Origin: Paraspadella gotoi
Lineage: Eukaryota; Animalia; Chaetognatha
Reading direction: 5' to 3'
DNA: 64,000 nucleotides
Assembly: GCA_051294375.1 (NCBI GenBank)
Contig: CM119267.1
Span: 16,410,169-16,474,168 of the forward strand
In this document: in pieces, positions 1 to 14,124 of the stretch
Layout: each line of letters begins with the position of its first letter
Position numbering within the stretch: the stretch's first letter is position 1
Program-made: the position numbers and the translations under genes
Notes under the pieces: generated by a model
What the model was told of the DNA's origin: nothing
What the model saw: only the letters and a program-made list of their open reading frames with translations
The model's database searches: none

Positions 1-151
1 TAAGGAATTCTCGGGTCCTTCTTCGGAGCATTCTACCTCGGTACTTTCGTCTCTCTCTCTTCTTCCTCTCCTCTTCTCTCTTCTCTCTCTCTCTCTTCAT
101 CTCTGTCTCTTCTGCGACTCTCTCCTCTCTCATCTCCTCTGCCTCTCGTCT

Positions 152-183
<32 letters not shown>

Positions 184-589
184 GCGTGTCTTCCGGCTGT
201 TTCCGTAGCACGTCCGTAAACCTCTTCCTCATCTCCTAGTACGCTCAACGTGAGACTGGCCGGTAGGCGGGGGTCTAAAGTTCGGACAGAGTGTCGATGG
301 AAAATCGACAGGAAAGAGAGCGACAGAGAGTGTGAAAAAAAGAAATCTTTCCTTTCATCTTTGTGAACAAGGAGATATTTCTTCTTATTTCTTTTGGAAT
401 GCGGAAAAAGCGGATCCGATCCGACCCGACTGTTTAAAATACCCGCCGTCGGAAGTTCCGATTCCGACCTAAAAAATAGTCTTCATGCGTACGCAAACAA
501 AAAAAGAACTTTTCTTTGGTTAAAACTCACGTCTACTGAAATAAAAAAATTGAGATGGTACAATTCATTTAGCGTTGGATTGAGAGGGC

Positions 590-830
590 GTGTTGGTGCG
601 CGATCATTGCCGCCCGTCGTGGCTCGGGAGAGGCTCCGTCGGTCGGCGTCCTGAGCGCGGTCGAGGCCTCATCCAGACTGGACATCAGGAACTAGTCCCT
701 TTGGCCTCCAAGCTGTCCGCGGCTGCCCAATGCTGGCTCCAACCTGTATCCCTCTGTTCGTCCACCAGGCGGCCCGCCCACCACGCCTCATGCGGCCGGC
801 CGATACCGTGCCTGCCGCGCCCGATGCTTA
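590..830 (-). mobile_element. Probable 3' end fragment of an RTE-clade non-LTR retrotransposon
   Basis: GC-rich island whose minus strand reads, across frameshifts, GRMRRGGR..W and LDEAST.AQD(R). This resembles the G.R.RGRP..RW...A.DR..WR tail of RTE ORFs. By-eye match only. Confidence 0.4.
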
Positions 831-3659
831 AAATTGTCCCAGTAAAAATTCGGCCCCGTTCCCGTGAACGAGCGAAGGAAATCGACCCCGGAATAGAATT
901 AAAGTATTACAATATGTTAAGTTGGTTTATTGATTTCAAATAATTAACATTAAACGTTTGTGTGCACTTTTTTTACAGATTTATCGATTTACATAAGCAA
1001 GTCTAGCGCAATTAAATTTTATATTAACAAGGATTTTAGTTGTGCCTTTCGAATGGTCGGACAGTAACGTCGCTTCTGAGTGGAGTAAAGACAGATTTGA
1101 ATTAAAGTTAAAGATTAAAACGAAATTAAAGTGACTTAAAGAATAAAGATAAAGAAAGAGTCAAACCGATTAAAGAAATAAAGACACCCTTCCGCCTCGT
1201 TCATCAATCCTTAGCCTCGCCTCTTTTATTCTCCTTTTCGATCCAAAGAAGGAAGTTGGCACGTCGAGACTGGTGCGCCTTAAAAAACAGTTCTCTGACA
1301 TAAACAGCCATACGATGGACTGGAAAACCGTGAATGCGGGAATTGAACAGTCAGCAATGACGAACACAGGAGCGGGAGAAGAGAAATCTGGCGAGGAGGG
1401 TAAAAAAGGATTTATCTCCAGCGGACAAAAGACGCATTAAATTTTAACGATGTTGCAAGCTGAACATAAAGTTTGGGGCTCAAGAGCTGCCTTATTATAC
1501 CGATGCCGGGGTGTAAAAATAGAACAAAAACAGTTTTTTAAGCCGATTGAAAGGACTTTGTAAAAAGTTTTTATGTCTGTGTCGCAAAACTCCAAACGTT
1601 CTACCGACGCTGCGAGCTGAAAATTTTTTATTCCAGGTCATGCGGCTCATAATAAGGTAAAGTTGCGNNNNNNNNNNNNNNNNNNNNNNNNNTAGAGTTT
1701 GGCAGCGTTTCTTCCGTCGCGCCTTCTCACACAACCGATGCCGCGCGCAATCCAATTCTCTACATAACTATTAACCACTGTAACTGAAACGACTATATAT
1801 AGCTCCCGTCTCCCTCTCTCTAGATTATTCCTCCTTTTCGACAACAACCGTCATCTCTCCTCCGGGACCAATAAAACGAGACAAGCGCTAATACTCGTGG
1901 CAATATTCCTTCTTCGTTATCGCCCTTTCTCTCTTTTATGATCTTTTCCCCTTCTTTCTCTCATTCCTTTTATTTTCCTTTTCCTGCCTTATCTGTCTCC
2001 CGTTGTCGTTTTGTTTCTACCGAATTCTTCCGCTAGATGTCGCACGGGAAGGAGAAAAGGAGGAAAGGGGTTAAGAGGAAAGATGGAATGGGAGTTGCTC
2101 GGTACCGTCGATCCGCCATCTTTGAACCGCCATCTTGAAAAGTCCCACCAGGTTAATGAGGCGAATTTATGAGAGGGAACGCGTAAATTTTCCATGGGGT
2201 CNNNNNNNNNNNNNNNNNNNNNNNNNNNNNNNNNNNNNNNNNNNNNNNNNNNNNNNNNNNNNNNNNNNNNNNNNNNNNNNNNNNNNNNNNNNNNNNNNNN
2301 NNNNNNNNNNNNNNNNNNNNNNNNNNNNNNNNNNNNNNNNNNNNNNNNNNNNNNNNNNNNNNNNNNNNNNCGCCCGGAAGCTTTTCAGGTTTTACTATTT
2401 CTAGGAAAATTGTCCCTGGGATTTCGGAGGCCGTGAATTTCCCCAACTTGTTGGAATTTTTGGGAAGGGAGGAAAAGTGAGGCGTCGGATGTAAGAGTAA
2501 AGTTAAGGATAAGGATCTTTCGGTATCAGAAGAGGATGGGAGGACCCAATAATAAAAATGTTGACAAATTGTTTTAGAAAGTTACATTTTAAGTGGTAAA
2601 ACGAAAAAAAAAAATTCTGAGTAGCGCTGGAGAAGAAGAGAGACGTAATGTCTGAGAGCTTGAGAGCGTGAGAGACTGAGAGCTTGAGAGCTAGAGAATG
2701 CGATGAATTAAAAAAAAAAGGCGCCGGAGTAAAAAAGGTGAAAAAGTTTTAAAAAAGAGAAAGAGAGAAAGTGTGGAATCGATTTCTCTTTGTTTTCCCT
2801 GTTTTTCACGAACCGTTGGTTTCGAAAATGGAAAAAAAGACTCACTCTCTCTCTCTCTCTCTCTCTCTNNNNNNNNNNNNNNNNNNNNNNNNNNNNNNNN
2901 NNNNNNNNNNNNNNNNNNNNNNNNNNNNNNNNNNNNNNNNNNNNNNNNNNNNNNNNNNNNNNNNNNNNNNNNNNNNNNNNNNNNNNNNNNNNNNNNNNNN
3001 NNNNNNNNNNNNNNNNNNNNNNNNNNNNNNNNNNNNNNNNNNNNNNNNNNNNNNNNTCTCTCTCTTTCTTCTCTCCCAGAAAATGAGTCTTTTCGCCGTC
3101 GAAGAGAATAAAATGAAAACGGCCGAAGAAAACGAGTAAGAAGAAAATGAAAAGGAAAAAGAAAAGGAAAAAAAAGGGAAAAAAAGGGGAAAAAGGAGAT
3201 CAGAGTTTCTCGCGTCGTCACATCTTCGCGACTTGACGATCTCGTTCACGATCTCGGCGACGCAATTCGACTCGAGAAAATTTTCACAATTCGATCGTTT
3301 TTGTGTCTCGGCCCCACAGGTCGACTTTCACAACTCGATCGTTTTTGTGGTTCGACCCCTCAGGTCGACTTTCACGCAATCACTTGTGGCGGGTGCAACC
3401 TGGAATCGATCAATCAAAACGCTAATTCCTGATTTTGTCATTGTTTACATTTTTTACCCTTTTCCCTTTATCTTCCCCAGTTTCTCTCATTTCTTTCAAT
3501 ATGATTCGTGGAGATAATATCATCTGGTAATCTAAAGGAGCCCGTGTTTTTCCTGCGATTGCTGGCTTTACTTTTCCTGCCTCCTGTTTAACCTTATTGA
3601 CTGGTTCTCTCTCCAAAAAAACAAAAGCTGTTTCTCAATCACATAAAAATTAAACAAGA

Positions 3660-3818
3660 ACCATTTCTCCAGCACCTCAACATTACGCGAACCCAATTCT
3701 CTAGCACATCACCATTAGTACGACCCATTTCACCAGCACATCACCATTACACGGACCCATTTCACCAGCACATCACCATTACACGGACCCATTTCACCAG
3801 CACATCACCATTACACGG
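3660..3818 (+). repeat. 32-bp minisatellite (cccatttcaccagcacatcaccattacacgga), about 5 copies
   Basis: Three near-identical units at ~3724-3818, preceded by two diverged units. No spacers. Confidence 0.9.
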
Positions 3819-5545
3819 CTCTATCCGTCACGTGATCCTATTTCTCGGTCGCTGGTTCTTCATCCGGTGAATCGAGAGAGAATCCAATCTTGTCTCAGGG
3901 AAGAGAGAAAACCTTTACTGCGGGCGAAAGAAACGAATCGGAGAGGGGGNNNNNNNNNNNNNNNNNNNNNNNNNNNNNNNNNNNNNNNNNNNNNNNNNNN
4001 NNNNNNNNNNNNNNNNNNNNNNNNNNNNNNNNNNNNNNNNNNNNNNNNNNNNNNNNNNNNNNNNNNNNNNNNNNNNNNNNNNNNNNNNCGCCCGCCTCCG
4101 GCTCCGCTCTTCTCCCGTTCACGGTTTTTTCTCTCGATTGCCAGTTTCTTTTCTTCGATGCCACTTTGCCGTTTTTCCCGCCGGTTTTTGCCATTATATA
4201 CCTTTGTTTCCATATTTCGGAGTAGAAAGAGAAAAAAAAAAATGTTATGGTTACGGTTATTTCTATTTTTTTCTTTTATGGCGAATATTTTCTTATAAAT
4301 TAATCTCGTCGCGCCAACGACGCAGCTTTCGCCGCAGCGGGCGCCGCCGCTTCAATCGCCGCTGACGCCGCAGCGCGCCAATTCGCCATAACCGAGGCAA
4401 TAGCCATTCGACGCTGTTGACGCCGATGGCGCCTAAATAGATGAAAACGTCGACGACTTCCGGTTTCGTGAAAAGTGGCGTAACGACGTCATTGCGCCAT
4501 CGCGAGAGACGCCGAAGCGTGGGCGGAACGGGGAGTTTAAAAGGAGGTCAGGCCGTAGCTGTAAGGCGACGCCAGGTGGCATTCTGTGTCGGCTTATTTT
4601 AGACGATGACGAACGGAGACAGTGGCTATGTCGTTGTTATAGACAAGACTGATCAACAAACAGTACGGTCACTCCAATTAATGAGCGTAAACTTCAAATT
4701 CAAAGAAACAATTTTCGCCTAGAACTCGGGACTTGCCGGCCGCGACGCAATCACGGTGCCATCGTTAAGTCGGAGAAGGAAGCCTCGTTTTCGTTCGCCT
4801 CGTCGTTGGCGCGTCGAAGTTCGAAAAGGATTTTGATCTCAGATGGCGCGGGAGGAGTTAAGATTGGCAAACGTTGCCAGACAGAGACAGAGAGANNNNN
4901 NNNNNNNNNNNNNNNNNNNNNNNNNNNNNNNNNNNNNNNNNNNNNNNNNNNNNNNNNNNNNNNNNNNNNNNNNNNNNNNNNNNNNNNNNNNNNNNNNNNN
5001 NNNNNNNNNNNNNNNNNNNNNNNNNNNNNNNNNNNNNNNNNNNNNNNNNNNNNNNNNNNNNNNNNNNNNNAGAGAGAGAGAGAGAGTAAAAGATGAAGAA
5101 GCATGCCAAGTGCCGAAAACTGTTGGAGAGGAAAATCGGAGGAAGAGGAAGAGTGGAGGAAAAAAAAAGGAAAAAGATGAACTCCACGAAGAAAGGAGGA
5201 AAAAAAAAGGAAAAGGGATCCTCCTCCAGGGAAGATCTCATAAATAGCAATGATGACTATTGCTGTCTCGACGCTTCCAATGGAACCGCTAGACTGTGCA
5301 GGGAAAAANNNNNNNNNNNNNNNNNNNNNNNNNNNNNNNNNNNNNNNNNNNNNNNNNNNNNNNNNNNNNNNNNNNNNNNNNNNNNNNNNNNNNNNNNNNN
5401 NNNNNNNNNNNNNNNNNNNNNNNNNNNNNNNNNNNNNNNNNNNNNNNNNNNNNNNNNNNNNNNNNNNNNNNNNNNNNNNNNNNNNNNNNNNNNNNNNNNN
5501 NNNNNNNNNNNNNNNNNNNNNNNNNNNNNNNNNNNNNNNNNNNNG

Positions 5546-7106
5546 GGTTTAAAAAAGTGAGCAAGTTCTTTTCGGTGATGTCAAGGGGAAAGGAGAGTAA
5601 GTTTAGAAGAAAGTCTTAACGACTTTTCTCATTATAAAAAAAGGGATCGAAATTATTTTTCCGACTTTTTTAAGGTTTTTTTTAATTTTTCTTTCGCTCC
5701 GCCTCATTACGTTGAGAATCACTTTTAACATTCGTAATCTCCCAGTAACGTTTACGATCGTTAAAAACTGACGGGCGCAATTTCCGATAATTTAGTCGAG
5801 AGATGCCATTTTAGTTTAAATTAGAATGATTTTGACTTTAATTTTGATTTTAACAGCAAACTGACAATACAATTTATAACAGCCAACTCTCACTTTTATA
5901 CAATAAGTCAATATTTAAAAAGTCTTTTTCTTAACTATTTATAAAATCGATCGACAAGATTCTTTCTTAAACGCAAGTGGATTTCAACGTTAAAATTAAA
6001 GGCGGCCATCTTGGATGAAGAATTCGCTTCCGAAAGAAGTTCCTCCTTGCATGAATAAATGATCTCTCTCTCTCTCTCTCTCTCTTCTTTACACTCTCTT
6101 TCTCTTTTTCTCTGACTTTAGCACTCGATTTCTCTCGATCTCTCATTTTCTGTCGATAGGTGTCTAAGTTCCTTTAACTTTCCTTCGTTTTATTTGTAAA
6201 AAGGAAAACTCAAATAGAAAAGAAACAGTCGAATAACTTTCTTAAATGTTCAGTAAAAAGGAAAATGTAATTCATGTAGGTTACTATGTAAAGTCAGGAC
6301 TCAAAAGGCGCTTTGGTTGAAAACATTTTCGAAAGACCCTTGCAACTTTCAGGGAGGTCTGACAGGGCTCTTGTGGAGATTGGAACGATCAAAACAGAGG
6401 GAGGGGCCTTTAAGGGGCCCGTGAGGGGGCCTGGGAGACGCCTCGAAGGAAGGCGTCGGAGCGTCGGGAGGTTCTAGGGCGTCGTCTCTCTTCGCCACAG
6501 GGGGAGACGTGTCGAGTTGTCAAACGAAAAGATTGTTTCACCCGCGACGAAGATGAAAAGTCGCTGCGCCGCCGCCGCCGCCGCTGACGCCGCCGCCCCC
6601 GCCCTCTCGACGCTGCTTTCGTCAGAAATACGACAAGAACAGCAGCGAAACAGTCACGACGACGACGACGACGACGACGACGAACACGACGTCAAACGCT
6701 CGCGCGCTGGAAAACCGGAAGCGAGGAGACGCGAAATACCAGTTTAGCCGATTGCGATGCCATAAACAACAACAATAACGACAACAACGACGACGACGAC
6801 GACAACGCAAACGACATCGTCAGAGTCTCGAAGCCAATAACCGAAGTCTATTACTGGAAAAACTCAATATTGTTAATTAGATAAAAAACATCACCGCCAG
6901 ATGTTGAGAGAAATAGTGGGAGGGAGAATGGAGGGAGAGACTCAAAAGAGAGAGANNNNNNNNNNNNNNNNNNNNNNNNNNNNNNNNNNNNNNNNNNNNN
7001 NNNNNNNNNNNNNNNNNNNNNNNNNNNNNNNNNNNNNNNNNNNNNNNNNNNNNNNNNNNNNNNNNNNNNNNNNNNNNNNNNNNNNNNNNNNNNNNNNNNN
7101 NNNNNN

Positions 7107-7137
<31 letters not shown>

Positions 7138-10100
7138 TCCCGAATGTCTCGGCTCATTTGAGTTCTTGTTTTCTTTCCGCCTCATTAATTCGCGAGTCGC
7201 ATCGATGAGGGATTTTCCTCCGGTGCCATGTCATGTTTGAAGAAAAAACGATGTCATGTCGATTCCTTTAACTCTCATGTCATGTGTTGTTAAAAAAATC
7301 ATCATATGTCAAAATCCTGTCGTCACGTGACTGATATATCACCTTTCACAATTTGAAGAGAATTATTGTAACCTGTCTCGTTTCTCGTCGTGGGAGGTCA
7401 TTTCATGTCAAGTGTAGTCGTCGCGTGTTTCAATAATTACTTTGTTAATTTGGCCTTGATATTCCATTCCTAGCTTATGATAGGTCATGCAATCTCGAAA
7501 ACCAAGAGAAACCTATGGATTCAATCTTGACCATAAGTTCCTTGCAATAAAGTTTCCATAAAGTTTTTTTTTATCACGTTTTTGCATTTCCTNNNNNNNN
7601 NNNNNNNNNNNNNNNNNNNNNNNNNNNNNNNNNNNNNNNNNNNNNNNNNNNNNNNNNNNNNNNNNNNNNNNNNNNNNNNNNNNNNNNNNNNNNNNNNNNN
7701 NNNNNNNNNNNNNNNNNNNNNNNNNNNNNNNNNNNNNNNNNNNNNNNNNNNNNNNNNNNNNNNNNNNNNNNNNNNNNNNNNNNNNNNNNNNNNNNNNNNN
7801 NNNNNNNNNNNNNNNNNNNNNNNNNGAGAGAGACAGAGAGAGAGGCAGAGGCCTAGAAAAGGAAACGCTTATTATTTTTTGTCAGCGACTGCACCTTCCA
7901 ACAGTAAAAACCTTTTCCTTGCATTCTTTTCTCAGAATATATCCTTCTTTTTTCATCAGTCCGTCTATCCTTCTGTCCGTTCGTCGGCCTGTCCGTCCGT
8001 CCGGCAGACTCCCGGTTTTTTTTTCTCCCAACCCACGTCGTTGGAAGGTTCCGCGTCATTTTTTTTCCATAAGTTGGGAGAGAAAAAAAAAAGAAGGAAG
8101 AAAAAAGGTTCCGTCCATTGTTGCATAAACTGAACTATAAATCATTGGGTGAGGACGAATCTAAGCTTTCACCACCGTCGGAGAATGGAAAGACGAATGA
8201 AGGGATGTAAACATGCACGGATGGATGGATGGATGGATTGATGGATTGATGGATTGATGGATGGATAGATGGATGGATGGATGGATGGATGGATGGTTAG
8301 ATGGGATGTAGTATAGAGAGATGGATCCATCTATGAAAAATGGATGAATGTATTCAATTTTCTTTTAACTTTCAAGAAATGACATGGATGCATGGAGGGA
8401 TTGATGGATGGATGAATCAATGGATGGATTAGATGGATTTAAATTTTTGATGGATGGGAGAATTGAAAGAAGGAANNNNNNNNNNNNNNNNNNNNNNNNN
8501 NNNNNNNNNNNNNNNNNNNNNNNNNNNNNNNNNNNNNNNNNNNNNNNNNNNNNNNNNNNNNNNNNNNNNNNNNNNNNNNNNNNNNNNNNNNNNNNNNNNN
8601 NNNNNNNNNNNNNNNNNNNNNNNNNNNNNNNNNNNNNNNNNNNNNAGAGGGGAAAAGGAAGGGAATGAGGAAAGAGTTTGAATGTCGTGTTTTTGGTCGA
8701 CAGATTTAGGAAGAAGAAGAAGAAGAAGGAGTTTTGTCTCTTAGGTTGATGGCAACACCGAAGTCCGGGGGATGTTCGGGGAGTGCCAAAACGAGGAGTG
8801 ATGAATGAAGATACAAGGAAAANNNNNNNNNNNNNNNNNNNNNNNNNNNNNNNNNNNNNNNNNNNNNNNNNNNNNNNNNNNNNNNNNNNNNNNNNNNNNN
8901 NNNNNNNNNNNNNNNNNNNNNNNNNNNNNNNNNNNNNNNNNNNNNNNNNNNNNNNNNNNNNNNNNNNNNNNNNGGGGAGGTTGAGTTGCAGAGAGGATGC
9001 GTGGCCGCGAAGGCGAATGCGTGGAACCGTGAAAGGATTTTTTTGAACGAAAAAACGTGAAAGTTTTAAGNNNNNNNNNNNNNNNNNNNNNNNNNNNNNN
9101 NNNNNNNNNNNNNNNNNNNNNNNNNNNNNNNNNNNNNNNNNNNNNNNNNNNNNNNNNNNNNNNNNNNNNNNNNNNNNNNNNNNNNNNNNNNNNNNNNNNN
9201 NNNNNNNNNNNNNNNNNNNNNNNNNNNNNNNNNNNNNNNNNNNNNNNNNNNNNNNNNNNNNNNNNNNNNNNNNNNNNNNNNNNNNNNNNNNNNNNNNNNN
9301 NNNNNNNNNNNNNNNNNNNNNNNNNNNNNNNNNNNNNNNNNTGAGAAACGAAATACTGTGACATAAAATCTACGAAGAGTAGTGAAAACATTAATAATAA
9401 ATTAGTAAAAAACAAAAGACAAGTGAACGAAATCTATACTCGTAACGATAAAAAACGAAAAAAAAAAAAAGAAATTGGGTAAAAGTCAAAAGAGAATAAA
9501 AAAAGAAAGAAAAACGAAAGATGAAACAGAAAATGAATACAAAGAGAAAATCCCAGCGAAATGGAGAAATGGAGAAATGGGGAAATGGTCGTTGGAATCT
9601 TTTCGTAAAATAAAAAGAAGATATTCTTCCGAAACGACATATGCGTACAAATTCCTTTATAAAGATGTGAGAGTCGCAAACTCTGCAAAAAAAGAAAAAA
9701 GAAAAAAAAGTCCCGGAATTATTCAGAATCTGAGAAGAAAATATTGAAAGAGAGANNNNNNNNNNNNNNNNNNNNNNNNNNNNNNNNNNNNNNNNNNNNN
9801 NNNNNNNNNNNNNNNNNNNNNNNNNNNNNNNNNNNNNNNNNNNNNNNNNNNNNNNNNNNNNNNNNNNNNNNNNNNNNNNNNNNNNNNNNNNNNNTGAGAA
9901 CGCACTCCCACCCCCGCTGACAGAGAGAGAGAGAGAAGGAAAAAAAAAAGAGAAACTGTCGAATGGGACATATTGACAAAATCCAACCATACGCGATGAA
10001 AAATGACACATTCGTGTGACCTTATCCAAAAAAGAGCACACGCTTATATAAAAAAAAAAGAAGAACGCCATGTTCACACAATGTCCCCCACATCACGCCC

Positions 10101-10460
10101 ACTTCACCTATAAAAAAAACTGACATGACACCGAATAAAAAAAATAGTAAGAAAACTACTCAAGGGCGAAAGAAAAACGCCGCCGCTGCCGCCGCCGACG
10201 CCGCCGACGCCGCAGCAACCAGTCCATCTGCATCCCATTCCTCTTTTGGAAAAGGGATAAAGGAGAAGGGGGGGTGAGGCGGGGCGTAGTGTGTGAGGAA
10301 GGGGAGGAGTGGAGAGGGGAGTAGGAGAAGGAGGAGGAGTGAGGAATAGGAGGAAGACACAAACTTGGAAACTAATGGCTGACAAATGGAGTGTAAACGC
10401 CAGCTTAATCTCGCCCCCCGCGCTGTCCTCCTCCGTACGTCGAGAGGAAGGGAGCGCGGG
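5546..10460. repeat. Left arm of a large inverted duplication (partner ~26420-30812)
   Basis: 5546-7565 is the reverse complement of ~28130-30812 (e.g. gatgtcaaggggaaaggagag vs ctctcctttcccttgacatc; ccataagttcc...gtttccataag vs cttatggaaac...ggaacttatgg). ~10010-10460 matches ~26420-27200 inverted. Confidence 0.85.
8217..8440 (+). repeat. (GATG)n microsatellite, degenerate towards the 3' end
   Basis: Directly visible ggat/gatg runs. Confidence 0.9.
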
Positions 10461-12639
10461 CGTCGTGGGCGACTTTTTGCTTCTCGCACCGCTGCCTTTA
10501 TTTAGCTTCCTCATAAAATTTAATTCTCTAACTCTGTTTCTCGCCGTTGAATAGGAGGAGGAGAATTGTAATTGCGCCGACGTTAAAATTACCTTTCATA
10601 AAGTATTAAAACGTTTTTCAATGTTAATGACGTGAATTTATCAATATATTGCAAAATATAAATAGTATAACAAAAAGCGTATATGATACCAGCATTCCGC
10701 TAGTGTTAGAATTGACGGCGTTACCACCGTCAACTTCAATGTATGGGATGCATTAGGTAATACCGCGGGGATTGGGTAAACGAAAAAAAAACACCACGTA
10801 TCGTTATGGGTCTGTTCACACTGAGGGTAAAATTTTTCGAATTTCTAACTCTCATCGGTCAAATAAACGACTCTTTCTTTATTCTCTCTTTCATCGACAG
10901 ATTTCTGGACTAGAATGCCAGAAGGAAAAGTTACACTTTAAATCAAATGTTTTTCTTTATATAAATATTTTGTTAAAAATTGTGGGCACTCGCCAAACCG
11001 ATGTTTTAGCTTGCTACGTCATAAATATTAATGGTTATGTAATATCATAAGAAAAAAAACAAGTTTATAAGAAGCTACCAAAATCGGTAACTTGCTCTAA
11101 AATATAAAAAAATAATAATAATAAATGCAAAATTATTATTAGGAATTTAATTTTGAGCTCATGGCCGATTTCGCACTGAACACATCTAACGCATATAAAA
11201 ATATATTGAACTGGGATGTGCATCGTTTCTAAAACCATTAAGTATTTTTCAATGCAATTGCGCACAATCGATAGAAATTGAATATATCTTCAGTGCAAAA
11301 GTTTCATCCCAAAATCGGATAATCCACGTTCAAAATTATGACAAAAAACGATCGCCGAAAAATCGCCACTCAAACCGATCAACTTTCGCCTAAATTTACT
11401 CATTTGATCCAACAAGGATTTGTACTACGCCGTAGTTCTAAGCTTTAATCGGCATTCGGATTAGGCGCGATCCCGGGCACTCATAAAAGTAATTAAATAA
11501 TCAAACAAAAGGAAAAAGTATAGAATTCTAATGGTATAAGTGATAAAAATTACTATAATTTGATAGAATAATAAGAGAAAAGTTAATAGAGCAAAAGATA
11601 GACCGCGAAGTGTTTTGGTAGCATTTTTATTTTCTATTTCCGAAAAAAAACATAGGGGAATTCAAACAAAAAAGAAGGCAGTTTTAAAAAAAATTACTTA
11701 TAAAACATATTGGAAAGATAAGACATTGATCTTTGGAAAAACAAAATAGCACAAACATAATTTCTAACTCTTATGCCAAAAAAATTAATAATTTAAAATT
11801 ACAATTATCAGTATTATTTTGAAAGGTTACATTTGTTTGCCCACCACAGTATCAAGAAAACAAATTTCGGGAAAACCCTAAGGTAACATATAGATGCTAA
11901 AGCCTTTGCTTAACCTTTATCAACCCATCTTTAAACTTGAAAATGAGTCCCCTGAGTCCCGGCCAATAAACATAAAAAACCATAATATTTACAAAAGTTA
12001 ATTTAACTGTGTATTCAGTAATCAGATAAATTATCCTCTGAGTATAAAATTGCTGTAATCTCGCCCTTATTTAAGAAACTATATATGCTTATCTAGACTC
12101 TGCGTAATTCCATTCGCTTAGAGATTGCTCATATTTTCAATCAGTTAATTAAATATCTTTATTGACAAAATATTTTGTCAAAGTTTAACATGAAAATTAC
12201 AGAAACCAGTATCGCAACATTTATTGAAATTTTGAAAGAAATTGATAAGTGTTTGGGTAATGGCACGATTTTAATTTTTTTATCCACAACTTTAAACACT
12301 TTTTTACACATTCATGATTTTTACAAGTTGCAAGAATTAAAAAACCGAAAAAAATATCAGACGGAGAATTGTTATAGAAATTAAAGGCGAGGAAAGGAGG
12401 AGTGTGGAAGACGATGCGCGAGCAGATCAAAAGGTGCGTGGCGTAGCGCCATTTTATAGCATTTATGCTCCACACTATTAATTTAAAAAAAATATTATAG
12501 AGTTTTATTTATCAAAGCATTTTAAACTATAATGAGAAAAAAAATCTTAACAAGTGAGATTCATCTACGCTAGACAATCTATCCAAAAAATTAATGAAAA
12601 AGTCCGCGGGAAAAAACGAATGATTGATGCATAACAAAT

Positions 12640-12935
12640 TATTATATAAAGTAATTGGATGATGTAATAGTAATGATGATGGAATAGTTGAACTTGATTG
12701 ATGGTAATAGTAATTGATTTATGTGATGCGATGATAACCAAAATATTGATGCAATGATAACCAAATATGATGCGATGATAACCAATAATTGATGCGATGA
12801 TAACCAATAATTGATTCGATTGATAACCAAATGAATAATGCGATGATAACCAAAATTGTATGCGATGATAACCAATGATTGATGCGATGATACCAATAGT
12901 CATGCCGATGATACCAAATGATGATGCGATGATAG
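12640..12935 (+). repeat. ~20-bp tandem repeat (tgatgcgatgataaccaaata-like)
   Basis: Roughly ten degenerate copies. A reverse-complement relative lies at ~49460-49612. Confidence 0.85.
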
Positions 12936-13425
12936 ACATTTCATTGCTGTGATGAAATCATTCATTTGAAACGATGATAGGGCATTTATTGATGTTAGTT
13001 CGGAAGATTTAAATGCATGATAGTCATTCATTACACGCAATGAATCATTCAGGCATATATAAAAACAAGCAAATGCGTGTATGATTGAGAGAGAGAGAGA
13101 GAGAGAGAGAGACGAGAGAGAGAAAGAAGCTGGACAAACGCTGCAGAGCCCCAACTCGCATTTACTCGTCGGCCTAGTGACGGTGGTTAAATCTAGGTCA
13201 GGCATCAACTTTATTTACAACGAAAGTTTCCCCAACGAGACGCATAAATTAGGCCCACTCTCGTTTTACTATCGGTTATCCGTTGCCTCGCAACCGGCGG
13301 CGCTGATCGAGGTCAAGTTGATTTTTTTTATACAACGTAACGTTTCCGTTACCATCGAAACGCGTATTAGGGCATGTTCCTCCGACATTGTTTACTTCCT
13401 TGCCACGTAACAGCCACGAGTCAAG
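12640..13425. mobile_element. Copy of a modular non-autonomous interspersed repeat ('family A')
   Basis: 13220-13425 is the reverse complement of 52900-53070 and of 48150-48243 joined to 48998-49090. 13010-13140 is the reverse complement of ~49355-49500. Confidence 0.7.
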
Positions 13426-14124
13426 AAAAAAAAAAGCCGCGGAAAAAAATGGCAGTATCGTTCGATTCTCGAAATAACCGATCCAATTGACCCATCCACC
13501 AGAGCAGCATTTTGGGTTTTTACTTAATCTACTATTTACTTTACCTTATGTAAAAACTTTACAATAAACATTTTTTAAGTAAAAATAAAAAGAGAAGTGG
13601 CCGACATGGAATCGATCCAGGACCTCACGAAACAAATAAGAAACTTTGTTCAGCATTGTTTTAACCATGGAAACAATCCTAAGACCAAACAGCTTCGTGC
13701 CAATGCCTCACAGACGCCTCAACTTCCGTGAAATGCCAAACGGGGATTCGCACAGCAGTAAAAAAGTTTTAGAAGAAAAAAAATAATCAGAAGAGAGAGA
13801 AGCGACAACAGAATTAAAAGCGGAGAGAGAGAAGCGCATATAATTAAAACGTTTGTTGAAATAAAACATTAAAAAAATACGAATATTTATATGAAACATG
13901 ACAATTCAAAGTCTTGATGATTAAAGAGCCATATCTAAATTTTTCAACTCCCATGAATCACACTTTTATAGAATCAATCGTAATTCGTAGTACTTTTTAT
14001 ATTAAAAATAGATAAATGGTTTGTTAATAAACAAAATTAATCCGAATATTAATATGAAAACATTACAATTCCAAAGATTATCGCCCTTATGTTGTGGAAA
14101 AATCCACAAGAAACAGACGCGAAA

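Noticed and set aside
3660-3818. CRISPR-like 32-bp repeats
   Set aside because: The units are head-to-tail with no unique spacers, the context is eukaryotic, and there are no cas genes.
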